Source of the DNA: a virus
Lineage: Duplodnaviria > Caudoviricetes
Length of the DNA stretch: 35,752 bases
IMG/VR virus record: IMGVR_UViG_3300044949_000822
Location: 1-35,752 of that record
Strand: one strand, 5' to 3'
The notes under the pieces: model-generated
Seen by the model: the letters and a program-made list of their open reading frames with translations, nothing else
What the model was told of the DNA's origin: nothing
Database searches by the model: none
Shown: positions 9,421-18,426 of the stretch, piece by piece
How positions within the stretch are numbered: position 1 is the first letter of the stretch
How the letters are laid out: every line of letters begins with the position of its first letter
Position numbers and translations under genes: made by a program

Positions 9421-9741
9421 GTGGCGACTCACTCAACCGGCCTGTCTGTAACGTGGGGCGGCGTCGCGTTCACTGAGGTCACAGACCTGCAGGTGTCTTA
9501 CGCAGGCGGCTCCTCTAAGGGCCGCACCGTTGTCTGGACTGACGATGCCGGCAGCGTTTCCGTGGAGTGCCTCGGAACTGCAAACATCAGCACGGGCGAA
9601 TGGGGCTTGAGAAAGTCGCTCGTAGTTTCCGGCGCGGGCGTTTCCTTGACATCGTATGCAGTCTATGAGGGATGGACTGCCCAGCCGGAACTCAACGGAG
9701 TAACCCGGTATTCGGTGACGTTCAAACTACTAGACGGGTGA
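9421..9741 (+). CDS. Second tail-tube-like protein, apparent paralogue of 9028-9402
   Basis: GGAGG RBS; similar length and residue pattern to the upstream gene. Confidence 0.55.
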   Translation: MATHSTGLSVTWGGVAFTEVTDLQVSYAGGSSKGRTVVWTDDAGSVSVECLGTANISTGEWGLRKSLVVSGAGVSLTSYAVYEGWTAQPELNGVTRYSVTFKLLDG

Positions 9742-9744
9742 GCA

Positions 9745-10098
9745 ATGCCACTGACTCGAGAACAGATCGACAACGCCCCAGACGCAAAGATCATCACCGT
9801 TGAAGCACCAGAACTTGGTGGAGACGGGAAGATATGCATTCGCCTTATGTCTGTCGGCGATCGTGACTCCTATGAGATCAAGGCACTTGAGTCTTCCAAC
9901 GGTGCCATCGTTGACTTCCGATCTGAGTTGCTCTGCCGCACGCTCTGCGACGAGAAGGGTGGCCTGCTCTACCCAGGCGAGGAAGGCAAGGAAGCCATCA
10001 AGCGTCGCAGCAGCGACGTGATGCACCGCCTGTGGCATGCGGCCCTCAAGCACAACGCACTGACCGAGGAGGAAATAAAGAAGCTAGCGGGGGAATAA
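9745..10098 (+). CDS. Tail assembly chaperone (gpG-like)
   Basis: Lies before the tape measure gene; ends in the slippery sequence GGGGGAA-TAA. Confidence 0.82.
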   Translation: MPLTREQIDNAPDAKIITVEAPELGGDGKICIRLMSVGDRDSYEIKALESSNGAIVDFRSELLCRTLCDEKGGLLYPGEEGKEAIKRRSSDVMHRLWHAALKHNALTEEEIKKLAGE

Positions 10099-10400
10099 AC
10101 GCCCGCCCTACGCTGCAGTTCAAGCTGCGTCTGGCGGGTCACCTCAAGAAAACGCTGCGAGAAATCGACGCGATGGACTCGCGCGAGTTCTCGCAGTGGA
10201 TCGCTTGGGCCAGGTGGTTCCAGCCGCTGGATGATACGTGGGGGCAGACAGCCATGCTCCTGACTTCTGTGCTCGCCCCCTACTCCAAGCAGACGCCAGA
10301 CCCAGAGAAGTTCATCCCGATCGAAGACAGGGCCCCGAAACATCCAACTCAGATAGCCGAGACTTTAAAGCGGATGGCCGCCGACCTTGGCAAAAAGTGA
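10089..10400 (+). CDS. Tail assembly chaperone gpT-like extension, made by -1 frameshift at GGGGGAA (10089-10095)
   Basis: Open -1 frame (..INARPTLQFKLRLAGHLKKTLREIDAMDSREFSQWIAW..) overlapping the gpG end. Confidence 0.78.
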   Translation, partial: GGINARPTLQFKLRLAGHLKKTLREIDAMDSREFSQWIAWARWFQPLDDTWGQTAMLLTSVLAPYSKQTPDPEKFIPIEDRAPKHPTQIAETLKRMAADLGKK

Positions 10401-10403
10401 CGT

Positions 10404-12590
10404 ATGGCAACCATTTCTCTTGGATTCAACCTCTCGGCGTCTGCGGTGCAGATGGCCAGCGGCATCAATGCCGGCGTCGTCGAACTTGAGAAGTTGGGCC
10501 TGGCCGCCAAGAAGACACAGCGTGACGTTTCAACGCTGAAGACGATTGAGCTCTCGCGGGCTTTCATCTCCACGGTACGCACTGCGAGCAGCGCTTTTGC
10601 GTCGTTCATTAGTGGAACTGCTGGAGCTGTCGCCAGCATTGATGATTTATCAAAACGCACGGGCATCACGACTGACGTTCTTCAGGCTTACTCGCTGGCA
10701 GCAAACCAGTCTGGCGTGGGCCTTGAGACGTTCGGGCGTGCAGTTCAAAAGCTGACGATCAACCTTGGCGAAGCCCAGACTGGCAATAAGGCTGCAGTCA
10801 AGTCGTTCGCTGACCTCGGGCTTTCGGTTGGCGATCTTTCCAACCTTAACCCAGAGCAAGCATTCAACGCAGTTGTGGCTGCGATCAGCAAGCTGCCCAA
10901 CCCGGCACAGCAAGCAGCAGCCGCTGTGTCGCTGTTTGGGAAGTCTGGCGTCGAGCTTGTGCCCATCTTCCAAGAAGGCGCAACATACCTGCAGCAGATG
11001 ACCGCCGAAGCAAAGCGGCTCGGCATTGTGCTCAGCCCGCAGCAGACTGATGGAATCGGAAAACTTGATGACTCGCTTCAGAAGACGCAGCTGACTCTGC
11101 AATCGTTTGCGGCTCGAGTTGTGGCAGAGCTTGCCCCTGCACTTACTCGCGCCGCTGAAGAGGCGTCTACGTTCATCGCAAGCATTGACGTAAAAGACAT
11201 AGCCAGCGCACTGACCACAACTGTCTCAAACCTCGCCAAGGTGTTTCAGCTGCTTGCAGATTCTGCAGCCCCGCTTGCAGGAAACATCCTGCCACTCATT
11301 GGCGGGTACTTGGCATTCATTAACGGCAAACAACTTGCAAGCGGACTCAAAAACCTTTCAGGCGCTTTTTCTTCCGCAACCGCTGAGGCGTTTAGGTTGT
11401 CTGGCAGTGCTGGCCTTGCTGCTTTCAGCATCAGGGGGCTGGGGGCTGCAATTAAAAGCGTGATCGCTTCCACTGGCGTAGGGCTATTGATCACGCTTTT
11501 CGGCGCTGCTGCTGGTGCTGCCGTTGATCTTGCTTTGTCTTCTGGTCAAGCAAGTGCTCAGTTTACGGACGGCATTGGAGATCCAATAAAGTCAGTCCGC
11601 CAGCTGTCGGCTGAAATGAAAGCCGCCGTAAGTGACGTAAAAAGGTTTGGAGAGGAATCAAAAAACGCGCTTAAGGTGCCGACGTTCACGGCGCAGGATC
11701 TCGCCCAGGAAGCCATCGACGAAGCGAGCGCGGCCGTGAAGGCTCTGGCCAAGGAGCTTGGCGGACTCAATCGCGTGCCTGCCGCAGTCCTCGAGCGGTT
11801 CCGTGAAATCAAGGGCTTTGCCGAGGGCATCACGACAGACTCGCTCGCCTTTGGTGACGCAATCAGGTTGGCCAGCCGTGACGCCCAGGCGTTAACGGCA
11901 GACGTTCGCACCGTCACTGACGCCAGGAAGGCTGACGCCGAAGCCGCAAAGGCTGCCGCAGACGCCGCGAGAAATGCAGCAGAAGAGGCACGGCAGCGTA
12001 CTGCAGAACTGGCCAACGCCGGGCTGAGCGACGCCGAGAAGAGCCGCCTGCAACTCAATAAGGATCTGCTGGCAATCGTCACTGAGCAGCGTGCTGCTGA
12101 AGAGGCGCTGGCTGCCGCCAAGCGTGCCGGCGATTCCAAATCGCTTGCAGACGCTAGGCAACGTCTCGCGTTATCACAGGCGGCTGCGAAAGAGGCGAAG
12201 GCGCAGGACCGCGAGAGGCAACTGCAGGCCCTTGGCGTAGACAAGAACATCTTGAAGCCAGCCACTACTCTGGCCGATCAGTTCAAGTCCGTACGCCAGG
12301 CATTCGACAAGAAGCTGATTGACGGTGGCGAGGCTCAGACTGCTCTCAGGAATCTTGCCAAGGAAGGCATCGACATCCGTAAGGAAATCTCACGAGAGCT
12401 TTCGCGGCCCGCTGCCTCGGCGCTGAACGTCAATGACATCCGGACCAGCGAGGGCATCTCTTCGCTGTTTGCCCTTGGCCGCGAAGATCCAGCGATTGCC
12501 CAGCGGCGCGATCAGTTGAAGAAGCTCGAGGAGATCAAGCAGGGCCTGCTTGCAATCGGCGCATCGCCGGTAGAAATACTGGGCACGTAA
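10404..12590 (+). CDS. Tape measure protein
   Basis: 728 aa, Ala-rich and helical; IDDLSKRTGI and LFGKSG motifs; follows the chaperones. Confidence 0.92.
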   Translation: MATISLGFNLSASAVQMASGINAGVVELEKLGLAAKKTQRDVSTLKTIELSRAFISTVRTASSAFASFISGTAGAVASIDDLSKRTGITTDVLQAYSLAANQSGVGLETFGRAVQKLTINLGEAQTGNKAAVKSFADLGLSVGDLSNLNPEQAFNAVVAAISKLPNPAQQAAAAVSLFGKSGVELVPIFQEGATYLQQMTAEAKRLGIVLSPQQTDGIGKLDDSLQKTQLTLQSFAARVVAELAPALTRAAEEASTFIASIDVKDIASALTTTVSNLAKVFQLLADSAAPLAGNILPLIGGYLAFINGKQLASGLKNLSGAFSSATAEAFRLSGSAGLAAFSIRGLGAAIKSVIASTGVGLLITLFGAAAGAAVDLALSSGQASAQFTDGIGDPIKSVRQLSAEMKAAVSDVKRFGEESKNALKVPTFTAQDLAQEAIDEASAAVKALAKELGGLNRVPAAVLERFREIKGFAEGITTDSLAFGDAIRLASRDAQALTADVRTVTDARKADAEAAKAAADAARNAAEEARQRTAELANAGLSDAEKSRLQLNKDLLAIVTEQRAAEEALAAAKRAGDSKSLADARQRLALSQAAAKEAKAQDRERQLQALGVDKNILKPATTLADQFKSVRQAFDKKLIDGGEAQTALRNLAKEGIDIRKEISRELSRPAASALNVNDIRTSEGISSLFALGREDPAIAQRRDQLKKLEEIKQGLLAIGASPVEILGT

Positions 12591-13456
12591 TGGCAGTTAT
12601 TGCATACCGCGAAGTCATCCCGCGCACGTTCTCTCATCGTTTTGGAGAGAGCCCAACGGCTGACCTCAAGTTCGTGGTGACACTAGACGAGCCAACCGAC
12701 CATCAGGCAATCATCGGCGCTGTCGGCATCCTGCACGGAGACTCTCACCCAGAGTCCTCCTACCTCAGAATGCTCGATGCCCAAATCTCAGAGACTGACA
12801 GGCACCACGTTGAGATCACGTACAAGTACGAACTGCCGAAGCAGCAGGATCTTGACCCCAACCCGCTGGCACGGCCAGACGTGTGGTCGTTCTCGACAGG
12901 TGGTGCCCAGGTGCCGGCTCTCGTCTACTACGACGGCAGCGGCAACGACTCAAAGAAGCCGCTGACAAACTCTGCTGGAGATTTCTTTGAGGGGCTAACG
13001 GCTTCCGAGGCTGAGGTACGTGCCACGATCGCAGGCAATCGCTCGACATTCCCGCTTGATCTGGCTGCGTCGGTCACAAACTCAGTGAACGCATCTGGCT
13101 ATCTTGGCGGCGATGCTCACACGTGGTTTTGCTCTGGCATCGGCGGGCAGCAGGCGTCAGAGGTGGTGAACGGCCAAGAGATCCGATACTGGCAGGTCAC
13201 GGTTGAACTGCTTTTCCGTGCCAGCACGCACAACCTACTGCTGCCCAATGTTGGCTGGAACTTTATTCAAGGCGGCGAGCGCAAGCGATGCTATGTGATT
13301 GACTGGGACGCGAAAGAGTACCTGCCTTCTGCTACGCCTCGACCGCTAACCACGCTAGGCAACATGAAGGCAGGCGACGAAGGCCCGGACTTCATCACTC
13401 GCCGCGTTTATAAGGAAGTCGATTTTGCCTCGTACTTCGGGCAGCCAAACTTCTAA
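12590..13456 (+). CDS. Putative tail tip / distal tail protein
   Basis: First gene after the tape measure, TAATG coupling. Confidence 0.6.
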   Translation: MAVIAYREVIPRTFSHRFGESPTADLKFVVTLDEPTDHQAIIGAVGILHGDSHPESSYLRMLDAQISETDRHHVEITYKYELPKQQDLDPNPLARPDVWSFSTGGAQVPALVYYDGSGNDSKKPLTNSAGDFFEGLTASEAEVRATIAGNRSTFPLDLAASVTNSVNASGYLGGDAHTWFCSGIGGQQASEVVNGQEIRYWQVTVELLFRASTHNLLLPNVGWNFIQGGERKRCYVIDWDAKEYLPSATPRPLTTLGNMKAGDEGPDFITRRVYKEVDFASYFGQPNF

Positions 13457-13459
13457 GCC

Positions 13460-13960
13460 ATGGCATACCAACGAAATATCTCCATCGCGTCGGCAGGCAC
13501 TGCTGGCATTCGCGTCACCTTCTGCAGCACCTCCTACTCGGGGTCATTCTCTTGCACTTCGTACCCTGTGTTCTCATCGTCCACGACTGACGGCACGAGC
13601 TTCTACGCAGCCAACACGCCGCTCAAGCAGTTGTCACCCGCCGGAAGTTTTCGAGCAGCCAACACGCCAGCCGTATCGTTCAGCAGCTCGAGCGGCACTG
13701 CGCTGGTGACTTTCCCGTATGGCACGTCATTCAGCAGCACTTCGCAAGAGTACGAATCTGGCGGCAGCCCGCGACGCTACAAGTACATCCTGCACACATC
13801 AGGGCACACGCCCGCCACTGCCTACTCTGCGAGCGTCTCGGCCAGCACGGCAGTGGTGATGTTTGGGTCTGTTGACGTGCGTGTGGTCAGCACCGCGTCT
13901 GCGTCGTTTGTCAGCGTTTGCTCAGACGCCGTTGAAGGCAGCGCCGGCGGAGGGCTGTAG
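13460..13960 (+). CDS. Ser/Thr-rich hypothetical tail-region protein
   Basis: Tight operon spacing; beta-rich composition. Confidence 0.6.
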   Translation: MAYQRNISIASAGTAGIRVTFCSTSYSGSFSCTSYPVFSSSTTDGTSFYAANTPLKQLSPAGSFRAANTPAVSFSSSSGTALVTFPYGTSFSSTSQEYESGGSPRRYKYILHTSGHTPATAYSASVSASTAVVMFGSVDVRVVSTASASFVSVCSDAVEGSAGGGL

Positions 13961-13962
13961 GC

Positions 13963-14406
13963 ATGGCCCAGAAGCCAGACGGGAAAGCCGCCAAGACAGA
14001 CCGCGTTGTCTTTACTCGCCCAGCTGCGGAGCGGATCTCCAAGGTTGTGCGAACCGTTGAGGCCGGCGGCAGAGACTCATCGCCGCTCACGTTCGGCAAT
14101 CGCTCGGAAGGGTTAGGCGGAAAGGTTTTCCGCGTCTGCACCTTTACGGGCTCGTGGGCCATCAGCAGCAGCAAGAACGTCACGTTTAAGTACCAGACCA
14201 CAACGCCCAACACTGTTTCAGCCACGAACCTAGTTTGCGGCCTCAGTCCTGCTGGCGCGTGCGATGCGTCTATTGCGAAAGATGGAACTGCCTGGTTTCT
14301 GCTTCAGCCAAACCTCACGCAACTGCCTGGATACTCAGCAAGCGGGACGCAGGTCATGGTGCTGGTAAGCGGCAATCTGCAGTTTGTTGGAACAACGGCG
14401 TGCTGA
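13963..14406 (+). CDS. Hypothetical tail-region protein
   Basis: GGAGGG RBS; tight operon spacing. Confidence 0.65.
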   Translation: MAQKPDGKAAKTDRVVFTRPAAERISKVVRTVEAGGRDSSPLTFGNRSEGLGGKVFRVCTFTGSWAISSSKNVTFKYQTTTPNTVSATNLVCGLSPAGACDASIAKDGTAWFLLQPNLTQLPGYSASGTQVMVLVSGNLQFVGTTAC

Positions 14407-14407
14407 A

Positions 14408-15055
14408 ATGCCAATTGCGTTAAAGTCAGGAAAGCCCGTACTGAAAGCAACAAAGCTTGCCACTACGTGCTCGTGCTGCAATACAGCAGCAGCCCCTTGT
14501 TACGCGCTCGTTGATGGCTCGCTTGTTTTTTGGTATTCCGCAATGCTTCTCAATATTTCATGGGAAGGTCTATCAGTCCCTGGGGGAAGACTCATCGAAA
14601 TAAATCTAGACCAGGACCCAGGCGCGTGGGATAACCCAAATAGTGATACCTGGGTCAGTGCAAGAGTTACACGGTCGGAGTTTTCAGAACCTGGGTTTTT
14701 TATAGCAACCGACCGTTTTGAGCTTTACACACAACGGCAAACACCTTACTGGTTAGACTGCACAACAAATGAACTCGGCAGCATCATTACTGGAAAAGTT
14801 CGAACCACTCGCAACTATCACGTACCAAGATTATCGTATAACGTGCCTTATTCTGGATATCTAAACTGGTACGACGCTGTTGATTTGTGGCAATGGCAAA
14901 TACAGCTTGACAAAAGCGGTGTACCTGATGCTGTGTCTATATCAGCAATCAGCGGAACCAAGACGACGTATGACGAGTATTTAAATGGGACAACAACAAC
15001 CAACGGAGCAGGGTACATGTCCCAGCCTTCAATATCTGTGTCTTTTGTCCCATGA
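14408..15055 (+). CDS. Hypothetical, AT-richer protein, possible receptor-binding or variable tail protein
   Basis: Cys-rich N-terminus (TTCSCCN) then aromatic-rich body; visibly lower GC than its flanks. Confidence 0.6.
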   Translation: MPIALKSGKPVLKATKLATTCSCCNTAAAPCYALVDGSLVFWYSAMLLNISWEGLSVPGGRLIEINLDQDPGAWDNPNSDTWVSARVTRSEFSEPGFFIATDRFELYTQRQTPYWLDCTTNELGSIITGKVRTTRNYHVPRLSYNVPYSGYLNWYDAVDLWQWQIQLDKSGVPDAVSISAISGTKTTYDEYLNGTTTTNGAGYMSQPSISVSFVP

Positions 15056-15339
15056 AGATTTCTCGCAAGTCGCTTGAGTATCTCGCAGAAACTCGCGGCT
15101 TTGCTGGCGACTTTTTGGAATGCATCTTATTTGCGCACGATGACGACATGGTTGAGGTAGATACCAATCACCCGGCCTACCCGCGAGCGAAGCCCGGCCT
15201 TGGCGACATGGTGAAGGCTGGCCTATCCGCCATCGGCATCACCGAAGAGCGAGTCAGTGCCGCTATCGGCCGCCCGTGTGGATGCTCTCAGAGGGCTGAG
15301 GCGCTCAACGAACTGGGCCGCAAGATCGGCATCGGTTGA
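15052..15339 (+). CDS. Hypothetical protein with GLGD...GRPCGC..R...LN motif
   Basis: ATGA overlap; conserved-looking C-terminal CGC motif. Confidence 0.7.
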   Translation: MKISRKSLEYLAETRGFAGDFLECILFAHDDDMVEVDTNHPAYPRAKPGLGDMVKAGLSAIGITEERVSAAIGRPCGCSQRAEALNELGRKIGIG

Positions 15340-15354
15340 CGCCCCCGCTACGGT
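15336..15354 (+). promoter_or_regulatory. Recurrent motif TTGAC-N6-GC-TACGGT
   Basis: Same geometry as 5520 and 28071; precedes the 15375-17359 block. Confidence 0.35.
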
Positions 15355-15374
15355 AGTGTGCGAAAGGGCCAGCC

Positions 15375-15662
15375 GTGGCAGACGATCACGTTTTCACGTT
15401 GAACGGCGACGAGCGGTGGCTGCTGCGTTTTACGACGCTCAAGGGCGCTGCCTACGGGTACACGTTCAGCCAGAAGGCGAAGCACCCGCGAATCATCCTT
15501 GACGCTCGCATGCGTGGCCGCAAGAAGCTCGAGGTGCTGGTGCATGAACTTCTTCACGCCTTGAATCCAACGCAGTCTGAGGAGCACGTAGAGCAGCAGG
15601 GCAAGGATATTGCCCGCGTGCTCTGGAGTCTTGGATACCGCGAGGTGAACGATGGGCCGTAG
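15375..15662 (+). CDS. Small HEXXH zinc-metallopeptidase-like protein
   Basis: VLVHELLHAL motif. Confidence 0.65.
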   Translation: MADDHVFTLNGDERWLLRFTTLKGAAYGYTFSQKAKHPRIILDARMRGRKKLEVLVHELLHALNPTQSEEHVEQQGKDIARVLWSLGYREVNDGP

Positions 15663-16557
15663 TGCTGGCACATTCCGCCGCAAGAACGCATCGGACGCTT
15701 GGAACGTCACAAGCCTTGAAGGCAGCGTCACACGCATTGATTTCAACCAGCGTCTATGGGTGCTGCTCTCTAGCGATTGGCATTGGGACTCGGTGAAGTG
15801 CAACCGAGAGAAGCTCACGGCGGATCTCACGAAAGCCCGCGAGCTCAACGCCGCAGTGCTCAGCATTGGCGATCACTTCGACGCGATGGGTGGCAAGTAC
15901 GACCCGCGATCGAATGGCAAGTGGGACGTAAGGCCAGAGTTTCAGAGGGGCAATTACTACGACGACATCGTTACCCAGTGCGCGGAGTACCTTGAGCCGT
16001 ACCGCGAGCAGATGGCACTCATCACGCCTGGCAATCACGAGACTGCGGTGCGGAAGCGGATGGAGACGTGCTTGACCACGCGGCTCGTTGAGCAGCTGCG
16101 GGTGCGTGGCAGCAAGTGCCGGGCCGCTGGCTACTCGGGCTGGGTAATGTTCCGGGCCAAGGCCGGAAAGACGAGCACGGCCCTGTACCGACTCTGGTAC
16201 CACCATGGCTATGGTGGAGGTGGGCCGGTGACTCGCGGCGTCATTGACTACAGCCGCTATCTGACAGACGTGGACGCTGACTGCGTTCACGCAGGGCACG
16301 TCCACCAGCGAACGCTCATTGAGGCCAGCCGGCAACGGCTCTCTCCTACGGGGCTCGTGCGGGTGCGGCCGATTCACCTCGTTCGATCGGCGGCCTACAA
16401 GCAAGAGTGCCTCACCGATGGCTGGGCCGTAGAGAAGGGCATGAGCTCGCGCCCGCTTGGCGGTTGGTGGATGCTGCTGAGGTGGAACACGGACCACACA
16501 GAACTGCGTGCGTCTTTCCACGACTCGCCACGCGATGACTCATCCTTTGACGAGTGA
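15652..16557 (+). CDS. Calcineurin-like metallophosphoesterase
   Basis: SDWH, IGDHFD, PGNHE, HHG and GHVH metal-binding motifs in order. Confidence 0.88.
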   Translation: MGRSAGTFRRKNASDAWNVTSLEGSVTRIDFNQRLWVLLSSDWHWDSVKCNREKLTADLTKARELNAAVLSIGDHFDAMGGKYDPRSNGKWDVRPEFQRGNYYDDIVTQCAEYLEPYREQMALITPGNHETAVRKRMETCLTTRLVEQLRVRGSKCRAAGYSGWVMFRAKAGKTSTALYRLWYHHGYGGGGPVTRGVIDYSRYLTDVDADCVHAGHVHQRTLIEASRQRLSPTGLVRVRPIHLVRSAAYKQECLTDGWAVEKGMSSRPLGGWWMLLRWNTDHTELRASFHDSPRDDSSFDE

Positions 16558-16593
16558 AATACGCTGCACTTTTTCTTACCAAAAGGAACGCCG

Positions 16594-17178
16594 ATGAGCC
16601 CGTCAATCGCAGAAGCAAACGAAACGCTACGAAACGCAGTCGAGGCACGCCGCGAGGCGCAAGCCGAAGGAAGGCCACTTGAGGAGTGGTACGGTGTGTC
16701 GCAGGCGGCGACAGACGCTGCGTCATCTGTCGCAGAAGCAGAGGAACCGCAACACGTCGATGAGCCATACATCGAGCACCTGCTGCACGAGCACCACCTG
16801 CACCGTGCTGGCCTGACGCAGGACGAACTAGACGAAGCCCTTGAGCGTCTGGCCGGCGACGGCATCACGCACGAGCAGCGGCCCGGCTCGCTGCCGTTTC
16901 TGGAACTGCTCGAGGAGGTGCGGCATCTGCACCTGAGCAAGAGCCAGGACTACGGGAGCGAGAGCGACCCGCTGGCCAACATCCGCCAGGGCGCTGAGTT
17001 CGTTGGCATCGAGCCGTGGCGTGCCTGTCTCGTCAGAGTGGCCGACAAGGTGCAGCGGCTGAAGACGTACTGCAAGACGGGCCGGCTCGTCCACGAGGGA
17101 GTGCGCGACACGCTACTGGATCTCTCGGCGTATAGCCTTCTGGCGATTGTGCTTTTCGATGAGGGCCGCAATGGCTGA
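16594..17178 (+). CDS. DUF1599 / nucleotide-modification-associated-domain-like protein
   Basis: C-terminal KSQDYG...RVADKVQRL...DTLLDLSAYSLL pattern. Confidence 0.7.
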   Translation: MSPSIAEANETLRNAVEARREAQAEGRPLEEWYGVSQAATDAASSVAEAEEPQHVDEPYIEHLLHEHHLHRAGLTQDELDEALERLAGDGITHEQRPGSLPFLELLEEVRHLHLSKSQDYGSESDPLANIRQGAEFVGIEPWRACLVRVADKVQRLKTYCKTGRLVHEGVRDTLLDLSAYSLLAIVLFDEGRNG

Positions 17179-17359
17179 GCCGCTAACGCCCGAACACCTT
17201 GCCACGATGGAGCAGGCCGCCCGCCGCTTCTCGGGTGCGTACACGGGCACGAGCGGGACGCTGGCCGGCTACGTGATTCACTTGTTGCAAGAAGTGCAAC
17301 GGCTGAAAGCCGAGTGGCAACTGCTCGCGGTGGCAAAGGCCATGAAAGAAAACGCCTAG
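17171..17359 (+). CDS. Hypothetical protein
   Basis: GAGG RBS; overlaps the upstream stop. Confidence 0.6.
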   Translation: MAEPLTPEHLATMEQAARRFSGAYTGTSGTLAGYVIHLLQEVQRLKAEWQLLAVAKAMKENA

Positions 17360-17422
17360 GCCGGGGCTTGAGCGGCGGCAGGTTTTACTCCCTTTCCCTG
17401 CCGTCGCTCGCCCTGTGCCTGG
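17356..17422. terminator. Long hairpin between convergent genes, probable bidirectional terminator
   Basis: GAGCGGCGGCAGG (17370-17382) pairs with CCTGCCGTCGCTC (17397-17409), with an outer extension. Confidence 0.6.
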
Positions 17423-17423
17423 T

Positions 17424-18365
17424 TCATCTCGGCTTGCCCGGCCCAGCCCCCGGCCTGTCTTCGGGCCGCTGCGTGATGTCTGGCAGGTAGTCGAGGTTGC
17501 TTTCCCTGCCCGTTATCTCCTCGTCGTAATAGTGGGTTTCGGCCATTTCTTCGCTGCTATGCCCCAGCTGTTTCTTGGCTGAGATTCCGGCCCGTTTCAG
17601 ATAACTCGCTGTGCTTTTCCGAATTGAATGAAACGGGTGGTATGGCACCCCAGCTGTGCGACACAGCACACGCAGGCTGCCGTAGATGGACAGGAACTCA
17701 CGATCCTCCACCCAAGGCCACACACGCTCGCTAGGGGCCCCTCGCTGCATGGCCAGCATCTTGGCCAGTTCCGGCGTGATCGCCCGCGTAATCGTCTCTC
17801 TGTGCCCTTTGCGGGTGGCAGCCAGAAACGTGAGCGTGTGCTGCTCCAGATCCACCTCTGACCACCGGAGCTCGAGCACAGCACCGATGCGCTCGCCCGT
17901 CTGAAACATGGCGAGAATCTTGGTGACCCAGTACCAGGCCGCTGGCTTGCCCGCTACGGTGCCTTTCCTGTGCCTGGCGGTATCGACAAGCCTGGCAAGC
18001 TCCTCGGCCCTGAAGGCCTTCGGGACGGGCTTAGGGACGCGAGGCCGGGCGTAGTCTGGGAACTCGACCAGTTCGCCGTCAGACCGTTTCCAGCGTTTCT
18101 TGGCCAGCCACGTCCACAAGCTACGCAGGTGGGCGGAATCTTTGGCCAGCGAGGCTGGCGAAATCTTTTTGTAGCGGCTGTGCTGGGTGGCCTGCCGCCA
18201 CCGCAGGAACTTTGCGGCCGTTAAATCATCGAGATCGTCCACCGTGGGCTCATGCCCCAGGTAGTCGCGGAACCTGTCTAGGCTGCTCAGGTACATCACC
18301 ACCGAGCGGTCAGAGAGCCCTTTGAGCGGGGCTACTCGGTCAATCAGCAAATCCCTCAAAGTCAT
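17424..18365 (-). CDS. int: Tyrosine recombinase / phage integrase
   Basis: TGERIGAV (R), RKG (K), HSIR (HxxR), LGH and HYY (Y) catalytic set; SAM-like N-terminal domain; GGGAGG RBS. Confidence 0.92.
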   Translation of the reverse strand: MTLRDLLIDRVAPLKGLSDRSVVMYLSSLDRFRDYLGHEPTVDDLDDLTAAKFLRWRQATQHSRYKKISPASLAKDSAHLRSLWTWLAKKRWKRSDGELVEFPDYARPRVPKPVPKAFRAEELARLVDTARHRKGTVAGKPAAWYWVTKILAMFQTGERIGAVLELRWSEVDLEQHTLTFLAATRKGHRETITRAITPELAKMLAMQRGAPSERVWPWVEDREFLSIYGSLRVLCRTAGVPYHPFHSIRKSTASYLKRAGISAKKQLGHSSEEMAETHYYDEEITGRESNLDYLPDITQRPEDRPGAGPGKPR

Positions 18366-18397
18366 CGCACGCCTCCCATTTTCTTGTCAAAAAGGCG

Positions 18398-18426
18398 ATG
18401 CTACCGGATACTGTACAGATGTTCAA
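18398..18426 (-). promoter_or_regulatory. Sigma70-like integrase promoter TTGAAC-N17-TAGCAT, overlapped by palindrome TGTAC-N4-GTTCA (18412-18425)
   Basis: Read directly on the minus strand, about 30 nt upstream of the int start. Confidence 0.55.

Noticed and set aside
12590-15339. Diversity-generating retroelement or invertible tail-fibre system
   Set aside because: No reverse transcriptase, no TR/VR repeat pair, and no invertase or flanking inverted repeats seen
17069-17100. Fourth ACTGCAAG promoter copy (also ACTGCAAA near 19087)
   Set aside because: Inside coding sequence and lacking the YANNNT hexamer at the 18-nt spacing
17424-18365. The integrase as an integron integrase (IntI) serving the array
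   Set aside because: I see no IntI-specific insertion before the HxxR box, it lies over 7 kb from the array, and it is paired with an excisionase-like gene; an IntI HMM search would settle it
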